A stretch of 32,000 nucleotides of DNA from Geotalea uraniireducens Rf4 (lineage in GTDB: Bacteria > Desulfobacterota > Desulfuromonadia > Geobacterales > Geobacteraceae). The notes below the pieces were generated by a model. It had not been told where the DNA came from. It saw nothing but the letters and a program-made list of their open reading frames with translations, and made no database searches. The translations under genes were made by a program, and so were the position numbers. The stretch lies in contig NC_009483.1 of the NCBI RefSeq assembly GCF_000016745.1, forward strand, positions 630,001 through 662,000, written 5' to 3'. Below are positions 24,770 through 32,000 of this stretch, one piece after another (positions within the stretch are counted from its first letter, which is position 1; the number at the start of each line of letters is the position of its first letter).

Positions 24770-24953
24770 GAATGTTTATATGTTAAACCTGACCTTCCAG
24801 TTTTTCTCTCCAGTTTTTCCTCGATTTTTAATGGCAATAGGTAAGGGAATCTGGTAAAACTTTGAATGGATAGGGTTTGCAGCAGTTGTCGGAAAGATGT
24901 CTGCCTTGGCTTGTCCAGGCAAAGAAGCAGCGGACGCGGGAAGGAGCCACGTG

Positions 24954-25163
24954 ATGAAAAGAGAATATACCGTTATTATCGAACAGGATGAGGCCGGATT
25001 TTACGTGGCCGAGGTGCCTGAGCTGTATGGCTGCCACACCCAGGCCAAGTCGCTTGATGAACTGATGGAGCGAGTGCGCGAAGCAATTGAGCTCTGCCGG
25101 GAAGAGGACAAGGGGAAACGCCCACGGAAACACCTGATCGGCATACAGAGAATCGCCGTATGA
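24954..25163 (+). CDS. hicB: type II antitoxin, HicB family
   Basis: ATG at 24954 with an AAGGAG RBS 7 nt upstream. YTVIIEQDEAGFYVAEVPELYGCHTQAKSLDELMERVREAIELC matches the HicB/UPF0150 N-domain consensus. Confidence 0.8.
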   Translation: MKREYTVIIEQDEAGFYVAEVPELYGCHTQAKSLDELMERVREAIELCREEDKGKRPRKHLIGIQRIAV

Positions 25164-25402
25164 CCCGGTTCCCTGCTCTGGAGGGGAAAGAGGTTGTCGC
25201 GGTACTGGTGAAGTACGGTTTTGTCGTTGACCGGCAACGAGGCAGTCATTTCTTCCTGAAACATGCTGACGGCCGGGCGACGGTCGTTCCAATCCATGCG
25301 GGCGAGAACATCGGCCCCGGTCTGTTCGCCAAGATTCTTCGTGACGTTGAACTTACCAGGGAAGATTTTCTCAAGGACAAAAAACGGAAACCGAAGATGT
25401 GA
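25160..25402 (+). CDS. hicA: type II toxin, HicA family mRNA interferase
   Basis: ATGA overlap with hicB. LEGKEVVAVLVKYGFVVDRQRGSHFFLKH.DGR.TVVPIH matches the HicA (YcfA-like) consensus, including the catalytic GSH. Confidence 0.85.
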   Translation: MTRFPALEGKEVVAVLVKYGFVVDRQRGSHFFLKHADGRATVVPIHAGENIGPGLFAKILRDVELTREDFLKDKKRKPKM

Positions 25403-25447
25403 ACATTCCCGATCCCCGATCCCCGTTTTAAATATTATTAATACTGG

Positions 25448-25595
25448 TTGACTCCTTGTTGGGGGCGGGTGTACAAAGGTGGGGCTTTTATTTCATGCGT
25501 ATTGTTATGGGAGCCGGGGGATGGTTGGAGTAGTGACAAAAGTATTGTGCAGTTGAAGCCGCTGGGTCAGAAATATACTGATTGGCGGCTTTTTT
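25448..25595 (+). ncRNA. candidate sRNA module, copy 2
   Basis: TTGACT (25448-25453), 18 nt, TACAAA (25472-25477). Terminator GCCGCTGGGTCAG/CTGATTGGCGGC at 25558-25589, then TTTTTT. Similarity with copy 3 continues downstream into a 34-codon ORF (25617-25721). Confidence 0.45.
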
Positions 25596-25859
25596 GTTGG
25601 GTGGGGAAGAGGAGGCATGGCGGTGAAGGTTGATCTTTCGAGGCTGACTGGTGATTTGTCTTGTGTCGAGGCAGACCCCTTCTCTTGCCTGAAGACCCCA
25701 TTGAAATTGATCCGGAGATAATAAGTAGATTGGGGGGTGTGGAACCAAGATGAAGTGTCCGAAAATATCGGACAGTTGAAAATGTCTCTTTTGTTCTTAT
25801 AGCGGACGAGTGGAAAATTCGCGGAATTTGACACCATCACACACCAAAGGCTACCTTAC

Positions 25860-26687
25860 ATGAGCAAAGCAAAAAAGAGTACCATCGAGGTTCAGGGATC
25901 GTCCATTAGCATCCTTTCGCAACAAGGAGAGGACTATATTTCGCTCACCGACATGGTGCGGAACTTTGATGGCGGAGGCGCGCTGATTGAGCAGTGGCTC
26001 AAGAACAAGGACACAGTCCTGTTCCTCGGTGTCTGGGAACGTATCAATAACCCCGATTTTAATTCCCTCGAATTCGAGGGAATTAAAAATGAGGCTGGCC
26101 GGAACAGCTTTTTCCTGTCTGCCAAAAAATGGATCGAACTTACTGGAGCCAAAGGGCTGATCGCGAGAGCAGGCCGCTACGGTGGTACTTACGCTCACCG
26201 CGACATTGCTTTTGAGTTCGGTTCGTGGCTAAGTCCGGAGTTCAAACTCTACCTCATAAAGGAATTTCAGCGTCTCAAGGAGGATGAAAATCGCCGCCTG
26301 TCGCTCGCCTGGAATTTGAATCGCACCCTTTCCAAGCTTAACTATCGTATCCACACCGATGCGATCAAGGCGCATCTGGTTCCAGCTGCAGTAACCGCCT
26401 CGCAGGCCACCATCATCTACGCCCACGAAGCGGACGTGCTTAATGTTGCTCTCTTCGGCCAGACAGCCAAACAGTGGCGGGATACCAACCCCGAGATGGA
26501 AGGCAACATGCGCGAGTACGCCACTATTGAGCAATTGCTGGTGCTGGCCAATATCGAGGGAATGAATGCCGAACTCATTCACATGGGACTGTCGCAAGGG
26601 GAACGCCTCAAGCGTCTCAACGCAATAGCCATTCGCCAGATGCAGGTGCTTACTTCTGCGGCTGCGATTAAACAACTTAAGGAATAA
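25860..26687 (+). CDS. KilA-N domain-containing protein
   Basis: ISLTDMVRNFDGG..LIEQWLKNKDT..FLGVWE...GTYAHRDIAFEFGSWLSPEFKLYLIKEF is the KilA-N DNA-binding domain pattern. The C-terminal half is helical. Confidence 0.85.
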   Translation: MSKAKKSTIEVQGSSISILSQQGEDYISLTDMVRNFDGGGALIEQWLKNKDTVLFLGVWERINNPDFNSLEFEGIKNEAGRNSFFLSAKKWIELTGAKGLIARAGRYGGTYAHRDIAFEFGSWLSPEFKLYLIKEFQRLKEDENRRLSLAWNLNRTLSKLNYRIHTDAIKAHLVPAAVTASQATIIYAHEADVLNVALFGQTAKQWRDTNPEMEGNMREYATIEQLLVLANIEGMNAELIHMGLSQGERLKRLNAIAIRQMQVLTSAAAIKQLKE

Positions 26688-26690
26688 CCC

Positions 26691-26822
26691 ATGCTCGACA
26701 GCGATGCCAAACTCCGCATTGACACCGCCCGAGATATCCTCGTCGGCAAGAGGTCTGACCTGAATGGCATAGTGGAGAGTAGTCAACTGGTAATAAACTG
26801 TTACCGGTTAAATGACCGCTGA
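26691..26822 (+). pseudogene. remnant of a second type I methyltransferase (hsdM) N-terminus
   Basis: A 43-codon ORF. Its first ~20 aa, MLDSDAKLRIDTARDILVGK, match my memory of the N-terminus of a class of type I R-M M subunits that often follow KilA-N genes. The sequence then diverges and stops. Confidence 0.45.
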
Positions 26823-26848
26823 GAACGGCAAACAGGAAGAAACCGACA

Positions 26849-26940
26849 GTGTCAGGTCTCCACTTATGACATTGTCACAGGTGGAGACCTGGCACCCATG
26901 TGGCCTCTGACACCCATGTGGTGACACCCATGTGGCCTCT
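26849..26940. repeat. 15-nt-arm inverted repeat followed by three tandem (T)GACACCCATGTGG(CCTCT) units
   Basis: GTGTCAGGTCTCCAC at 26849-26863 versus GTGGAGACCTGGCAC at 26881-26895 (1 mismatch). The CACCCATGTGG core occurs at 26893, 26911 and 26924. The array ends at the TTG start of the ORF6N gene. Confidence 0.75.
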
Positions 26941-27470
26941 TGCTACCTGTAGAAACAATCCAGGATAAAATTCTCCTGCTGCGCGGGCAGAAAGTCATGC
27001 TGGATGAGGATTTGGCGGAGCTGTACGGGGTGGAGACCAAGGTTTTGAATCAGGCGGTTAAACGCCACTCCAAGAGATTTCCCCCCGATTTCATGTTTCA
27101 GTTGAGCGAAGAGGAATATACCGAGTCGACAGCTTTAAGGTCACAATTTGTGACCTTAAAGAAAGGGCGAGGCTCACATCGGAAGTATCTGCCGTATGCC
27201 TTTACCGAGCAAGGAATTGCCATGCTCTCCGGCGTTCTCAACAGCGACCGGGCCATCGAAGTGAACATCCTTATCATGCGGGCGTTCGTGAAGCTCCGGG
27301 AGATGATCGCGTCCCACAAGGATTTAGCGAAAAAGCTGGATGAACTGGAAATGAAGTACGACGCTCAATTCGCCATAGTTTTTGATGCCATGCGGCAGAT
27401 CATGACGCCACCGGAACCGAAGCGGAAGAAGATAGGGTTTGTAAAGGAAGAGAAAAATAAAGCTGATTAG
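26940..27470 (+). CDS. ORF6N domain-containing protein (KilA-N-related DNA-binding)
   Basis: [49 protein letters not shown] is the ORF6N signature. The only in-frame start is the TTG at 26940, so the start is uncertain. Confidence 0.8.
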   Translation: MLPVETIQDKILLLRGQKVMLDEDLAELYGVETKVLNQAVKRHSKRFPPDFMFQLSEEEYTESTALRSQFVTLKKGRGSHRKYLPYAFTEQGIAMLSGVLNSDRAIEVNILIMRAFVKLREMIASHKDLAKKLDELEMKYDAQFAIVFDAMRQIMTPPEPKRKKIGFVKEEKNKAD

Positions 27471-27499
27471 TACGAATGTTCCGCAACTCCGAAAATACT

Positions 27500-27604
27500 C
27501 CCTCCCCCTTGATGGGGGAGGGCTGGGGTGGGGGTGCAACCAGCTGATTTTTAATGTCTCATTTTGCCCCCTCCCCCCTGCCCCCTCCCATCTAAGGGAG
27601 GGGG
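27500..27604. repeat. C/G-tract palindromic hairpins (REP-like)
   Basis: CCCTCCCCC-TTGAT-GGGGGAGGG at 27500-27522 and CCCCCTCCC-ATCTAA-GGGAGGGGG at 27581-27604. Same style as the hairpins at 1824-1877. Confidence 0.7.
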
Positions 27605-27727
27605 AGAAGAATGGAGCGGAAGATTAGTTCTAATCAGGAAAATAAATAACCGAGGTTGCTCGATGCCGCCACGAGGCGTCGTAGTGTGAACCCTTTGTTT
27701 TTGCTGTTAAAAAAGCATTAATACTGG

Positions 27728-27877
27728 TTGACACCTTGTTGGGAGCGGGTGTACAAAGGTGGGGCTTTTATTTCATTCGTATTGTTATGGGAGTTGGGGG
27801 ATGGTTGGAGTAGTGGCAAATATATAGAGTGTTGTTGAAGCCGCCGTGTCAGGGATATGCTGATTGGTGGTTTTTTT
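27728..27877 (+). ncRNA. candidate sRNA module, copy 3
   Basis: TTGACA (27728-27733), 18 nt, TACAAA (27752-27757). Terminator GCCGCCGTGTCAG/CTGATTGGTGG at 27840-27870, then TTTTTTT. Followed by a 34-codon ORF (27898-28002). Confidence 0.45.
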
Positions 27878-28177
27878 ATTAAGTGGGAAGAAGAGACATG
27901 GCGGGGAAGGGTGACCTATTGAGGCTAGCTGGAGATTTGACCTGTGTCTTTACTATTAAAAGCGATCTTTTGAAATTTGACAGCGTCAAAAGGACCCAAT
28001 AAAAATGGATGACTTATCTCCTTCTGATTTAAAAACAATCATGCACTCCAAACGGGTGGTCAAGCCGATTTGACTGGACAGTGATTCCGGTTTTGTCTGG
28101 ACAGGGTTTCCGATTTTAACTGGACAGTGGTTTTCTTCTGTTCTTTCTGTCGTGGTTGTGGTTTCAGGGTGTCCAGT

Positions 28178-28918
28178 TTACTTGTTCTTTGACAACAGTT
28201 TTCGCATCGATTCTCCTTTCATGGTGATCATGTGTGCATTGTGAACCAGCCTGTCCAGTACTGCATCGGCAATGGTGGGATCACCGATGGCGTCGTGCCA
28301 TTTTTCCGTGGGGATCTGGCTGGCGATGATGGTTGAGGTGATGCCGTGTCGGTCTTCCAGAACCTCCAGGATGTCCCGGCGTTCTTTGTCGTTGAATTTA
28401 GCCAGACCCCAGTCATCAATAATCAGAATCGCATACTTGGCGAGACGGGTCAGCAGCTTGCCGTAGCTGCCGTCCCCCCTGGCTATGTGTAACTCTTGGA
28501 GCAGTCGCGGTAACCGGATGTAGTGGGCGCTGTGACCGTTACGGCAGGCGCTGTTGGCCAGAGCGCAGGCAATGAAGGTTTTGCCGCTGCCGGTGGGTCC
28601 GGTAATGATGACATTCTGTTTCCCCTTTACCCAACTGTTCTGCATCAGAGAGAGGACAACATCTTTGGCAAGGCCCCGTGGTGTCCGGAAGTCGATCTCC
28701 TCTGGACAGGCGCTGGCGTAGCGAAGCCTTGCTCCCCGCAGCAGATTAGTCAGTCGGCGGTTGTCCCGCAGGGTCATTTCCCGGTCAACAAGCATTCCCA
28801 GGCGCTCTTCGAAGGAGAGTCCGGTGTAGATGGTGCTCTGGGTCTGCTCGGTCAAGGCCTCGGCCATGCCGGAGAGTTTGAGCTGGTTCAGTTTGCCGAG
28901 GGTCATTTCCAACATCAT
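28178..28918 (-). CDS. istB: IS21-family helper ATPase IstB
   Basis: Walker A GPTGSGKT, Walker B LIIDDWG, and the C-terminal AVLDRLVHNAH motif. ATGA overlap with istA. Confidence 0.95.
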   Translation of the reverse strand: MMLEMTLGKLNQLKLSGMAEALTEQTQSTIYTGLSFEERLGMLVDREMTLRDNRRLTNLLRGARLRYASACPEEIDFRTPRGLAKDVVLSLMQNSWVKGKQNVIITGPTGSGKTFIACALANSACRNGHSAHYIRLPRLLQELHIARGDGSYGKLLTRLAKYAILIIDDWGLAKFNDKERRDILEVLEDRHGITSTIIASQIPTEKWHDAIGDPTIADAVLDRLVHNAHMITMKGESMRKLLSKNK

Positions 28919-30471
28919 TGGACACCTCCCGCAAAGTACTCGCTCCCTCTGACGTTGTCATGGAGCAGCGGCAGTGACTCCTCGTCATCCTTCGGTATGT
29001 CGGCTGTTTCGAGACCTTTATCCAGGATATTCTTGACGCAGTGGTAGCCGATGGCCTGGAGCTTGAGCGCCCGGTCGCAGGCCAGTTCCAGTCGGCCATC
29101 GCCGTACCTTGTAGCCAGTCTCAAGAGCCCCAGGCAGCGGCGGTAGGCCTGATCGGGATGAGCCGCTGTCCGGATGATGGCTTCGATCATTGCGCCGGTT
29201 TGCGCACCGATGCTTTCTCCCCAGCGCCGCATCCTCTCCGGGGTCCACTTCAGGTACTGTTGGTGACTGGGGGGACGATGGGCTTCCAGGGTAATATAGA
29301 CATTCTTCTTGTGGGTGCGGGCATGGGACGCAACGCGCTTGCCGTCATGGAGGATGGCTACCATTGTGGCAGTGATACAGACCGTCACTTCCTTGCCAAT
29401 CAGCGTATAGGGCACGCTGTAAAAAGAGCCCTGCACCGCCACATGGTAGTCAATGTGGACTTTGGCTTTCTTCCAGTCTTGCAGCAGAAACCGCTGTGCG
29501 GGCAAAGCCTTCAGCGCCGGTTGGTCAATCTCGGCAAAGAGTTGGTTTCTCGATTTGCCGACCCCCTGCATGGGGCGGTCGTTCAGTTTCTCCAGCTCCA
29601 CAGCAATGGCGTCGTTCAGCTCCGCCAGCGAGAAGAAGGTGCGATTACGCAGGGCCGCCAGTATCCGCCGTTGGGCGATGAGGACGCTGTTTTCCACCTT
29701 GGCCTTGTCGCGGGGTTCACGGGGCCGGGCGGGGATCACTGTCACGCCGTAGTGGGCACAGAGTTCAGCGTAAGCCGGATTGATTTCCGGGTCATACTTG
29801 CAGGAGGTCTTGACCCCCGACTTCAGTTGATCCGGAACCACAACGGCTGGAACGCCGCCAAAGTATTCGAAGGCGCCGATATGCGCCATGGTCCAGTCGG
29901 GGATCTGCTGACTGGCGACCGCCACGGCAAAAATCCGGGAACTGGCTCCCAAGGCCGCGACAAACAGTTCCGGCACAACAACTTCACCGGTCTCACGGTC
30001 AACATATGAGGGGCGATCTCCGGAGAAATCGACGAACAGTTTCTCCCCGGCCTTGTGATCGAAGCGCATGACCGGATCTAGTCTCTTGCCGTGCTTCTGG
30101 TAAAGTTCGCAGAACTGGCTGCGGCTATAGCCGTCAGGATGGATTGACCGGTATTCTTCCCAGAGAAGTTGAAGGGTTACCCCTTTTTTCTTCATCTCCA
30201 GGCGCAGATAATCAAAGTCGGGAAGAGGCTTGCGAGAAGGAGCGCCACGACCTTCGGTGTAGAGACGAGTTTTCAAAGAACTGTCGTCAAGGGCAGAAAT
30301 GGCGGCCCAGGCCAAGCCTGATCGTTTGATGCGCTCCAGGTAATCGCCGACGGTCGTGGGAGAAACTGCACAGGCCCGGGCAATGGCCCGCCTGCTCAGG
30401 TCGTGCTCAAAATGGAGTCTTAGAATTTCACGTGCTGTTCTCATTGATTTCTTTCTGCCTTTCTTCACCAT
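28915..30471 (-). CDS. istA: IS21-family transposase IstA
   Basis: Start trimmed to the ATG at 30469-30471 (MVKKGRKK..REILRLHF..LSRRAIARA, an HTH), with GGAGG upstream. The DDE integrase-type core runs from DFSG..., and a C-terminal region typical of IstA follows. Confidence 0.9.
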   Translation of the reverse strand: MVKKGRKKSMRTAREILRLHFEHDLSRRAIARACAVSPTTVGDYLERIKRSGLAWAAISALDDSSLKTRLYTEGRGAPSRKPLPDFDYLRLEMKKKGVTLQLLWEEYRSIHPDGYSRSQFCELYQKHGKRLDPVMRFDHKAGEKLFVDFSGDRPSYVDRETGEVVVPELFVAALGASSRIFAVAVASQQIPDWTMAHIGAFEYFGGVPAVVVPDQLKSGVKTSCKYDPEINPAYAELCAHYGVTVIPARPREPRDKAKVENSVLIAQRRILAALRNRTFFSLAELNDAIAVELEKLNDRPMQGVGKSRNQLFAEIDQPALKALPAQRFLLQDWKKAKVHIDYHVAVQGSFYSVPYTLIGKEVTVCITATMVAILHDGKRVASHARTHKKNVYITLEAHRPPSHQQYLKWTPERMRRWGESIGAQTGAMIEAIIRTAAHPDQAYRRCLGLLRLATRYGDGRLELACDRALKLQAIGYHCVKNILDKGLETADIPKDDEESLPLLHDNVRGSEYFAGGVQ

Positions 30472-30682
30472 AGCCTCCGGAAAGTTTTTCCGAAGATGGT
30501 AGATGATGTGACAGGAAGATGAAAAAAAGTTAGTCCGGAAAAGATTGGACACCTATTCCGGAAATCCCGAAAAAGTGTCCAGTTAAAACCGGAATCGGTG
30601 TCCATTCAAAACCGGAATGACTGTCCAACCTTTTCCGGAATTGGTGTCCAGTTTATATCGGAATCGGTGTCCAGTTTACTCC

Positions 30683-31381
30683 GGATTTTGCATCCTGCAT
30701 ACCTGGACAAGAGCTCTGGAGCACCATCCCCACGTGCATATGCTGGTCCCCGCCGGCGGACTTGATAAAGACGGCCAATGGCGGGAGTCCCGCAAGAAGT
30801 ACCTCGTGCCGGTGAAAGCCCTGTCAAAGGGCTTTCGCTACCGGTTCATGAAGATGGCCAGAAAAGCACTTCCCGAGGTGATCTTTCCTGGGCAAGTCTG
30901 GGACAAGGAGTGGGTGGTCTTCTGCAAACCGACCTTCAACCGGGCAAAAAAGGTGTTCCATTACCTTGGCAGATACGTCCACCGCATCGCCATTACCAAT
31001 AACCGTATTCTTGCCCTGGATAACGGTCAGGTCGTCTTCCGCTACCAGAATTCCGACACCAGAGAGTGGAAGAATATGCGGCTACCGGTAAAGGAGTTCC
31101 TGCGTCGCTACCTGCAGCACGTCCTGCCGCAGGGGTTTCACAAGGTCCGCTACTACGGACTTTTAAGTCCAGGAAATAGAGTAACCCTGAAACGGTTGCA
31201 GCTCCTGCTTGCAGAGAGAAGAAAGACAAAAGAAGAAAAGAACGAAGAGACTTCTCCGCCACCGGCAGAGCGCCGCTGTCCCTGCTGTGAAGAGGGGACA
31301 ATGGTGATAATCAGCTGGCTGCCGCGTAAAGCGAGAAGCCCGCCGCAAGGAAGGGCACGGACAATAACGACAAAACAGTGA
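30683..31381 (+). pseudogene. 5'-truncated IS91-family (Y2-type) transposase gene
   Basis: Homology starts abruptly at GFCILHTWTRALEHHPHVHMLVPAGGL...YLGRYVHRIAITNNRIL, which is the central and C-terminal part of IS91/Y2 transposases. The N-terminal zinc-binding part is missing. The upstream part of ORF 30617..31381 is read-through of the IS21 terminal repeats. Confidence 0.75.
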
Positions 31382-31623
31382 AAAGCAGCGCGGGACAAAA
31401 CCGGCGCAACGCCACAACTGCGCCCGAAGTTGGCAAAAATTGTAAAGTCCGATGGTTAAACAAGGCAGGGAATCAGAGAAATTCTGATAAATGAGACAAT
31501 CAACAACAATTCTTTATTGAATTGCCCTCATAAAACCCGTATTATCCACGCACCCAAAGACAAAAATCGGTATAAAAATCCAGATAGCACGTGCACAGGC
31601 CCGAAGACGGTTTAGTCCAACAC

Positions 31624-31667
31624 GACTTTATGCGGCGGCTCCGCTTCGCTACGCACCGCATAAAGTC
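31624..31667. repeat. 12-bp-stem hairpin downstream of the IS91 transposase remnant (possible IS91 end structure)
   Basis: GACTTTATGCGG at 31624-31635 pairs with CCGCATAAAGTC at 31656-31667, with a 20-nt GC-rich loop. Confidence 0.5.
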
Positions 31668-31701
31668 TTATTCGTTGGACAAAAAAGGAGGGACTGAAAA
31701 T

Positions 31702-31929
31702 ATGTTAGTTTCAGCTAATTGGGCTGTAAAATTGTGTTACGCCTCTTCGTTGCTTTTTTTGTTACAAGGATGCTGTATGATAACAAAAAATTTAAACAAT
31801 GCCGGTGTTAGCTATCAAGTTATTAGCGAGCCTAAATCTGTAAAACTAGATAGCAAAAAGCTTTACATTCTATATTCTACAAATAGCCATAAACATGAAA
31901 TAAGTTATTTTGGCTCCTCGACGAATTGA
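31702..31929 (+). CDS. small AT-rich lipoprotein, function unknown
   Basis: ATG at 31702 with an AAGGAGG RBS about 8 nt upstream. Signal plus lipobox LLFLLQGC. Composition is much more AT-rich than the rest of the window. Confidence 0.5.
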   Translation: MLVSANWAVKLCYASSLLFLLQGCCMITKNLNNAGVSYQVISEPKSVKLDSKKLYILYSTNSHKHEISYFGSSTN

Positions 31930-32000
31930 GTGGGTAGCCTGGGCCGGGTTGATGTAAGATAGGCCACCATCACTCAGCCTGGAGGTTAGTAATCGCTATG

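Larger units (their letters stand above)
28071..30680 (-). mobile_element. IS21-family insertion sequence (istA + istB); ends approximate
   Basis: istA/istB gene pair. Both ends carry multiple copies of the same ~9-nt motif in inverted orientation: ACTGGACA x3 at 28071-28130, and TGTCCA(G/A)TT x5 at 30575-30677. Such multiple terminal repeats are characteristic of IS21. No target-site duplication could be confirmed. Confidence 0.8.

Noticed and set aside
24657-24857. 66-aa ORF within and after the MITE, and ORFs 25448-25633, 25488-25748 and 25505-25840 across module copy 2
   Set aside because: They lie in repeat or structured DNA. Their frames are not preserved between repeat copies, and they have no RBS.
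24240-27960. Interpretation of the three repeated modules as integron attC sites or a CRISPR-like array
   Set aside because: The repeats are 150-270 bp, longer than attC sites. I could not find RYYYAAC / GTTRRRY core pairs at their ends by eye, and no intI-type integrase is in the window. The 1.1-2.3 kb spacing rules out CRISPR. It is kept only as an alternative hypothesis in the finding.
30617-30682. N-terminal 22 codons of ORF 30617-31381
   Set aside because: This part is a translation of the IS21 terminal repeat region (repeated TGTCCAGTT motifs). Genuine IS91 transposase similarity begins only at about 30683, so the ORF is called a truncated pseudogene.

Overview
The window looks like a GC-rich chromosome of a Geobacter-like Desulfuromonadota organism. 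That assignment is inferred from gene content and repeat style; no search was run. It has four parts. (1) 1-10.5 kb is ordinary core: a small lipoprotein, a secreted DUF3300/DUF2950 gene pair, an orphan sensor histidine kinase, a four-gene membrane-bound uptake [NiFe]-hydrogenase operon (small subunit, large subunit, cytochrome b, maturation protease) and an L,D-transpeptidase. (2) 10.7-18.3 kb is a visibly AT-richer island. It holds a tightly coupled type I restriction-modification operon (hsdR-hsdM-hsdS) followed on the same strand by a fourth gene for a SIR2-family putative NADase with an unrecognised C-terminal half. This is my best candidate for an undescribed defence configuration, an R-M-linked or R-M-guarding NAD+-depleting effector. 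(3) 18.5-24.1 kb, minus strand, reads MBL-fold hydrolase, then a 617-aa protein with no motif I recognise, then a heptanucleotide tandem repeat next to a sigma70-like promoter, then a 937-aa triple-GAF sigma54 enhancer-binding protein. (4) 24.2-32 kb is an accessory mosaic. Three diverged copies of a module (promoter-like element, ~115-nt candidate sRNA, intrinsic terminator) separate cassettes. Two copies continue into a 34-codon ORF. The cassettes hold hicBA, a KilA-N gene, an hsdM N-terminal remnant and an ORF6N gene. The mosaic also contains a 221-bp MITE with a 7-bp target-site duplication, an IS21-family element abutting the 5' break of a truncated IS91-family transposase gene, and a small AT-rich lipoprotein gene. 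I saw no rRNA, tRNA or CRISPR array. All family calls rest on motifs read by eye.
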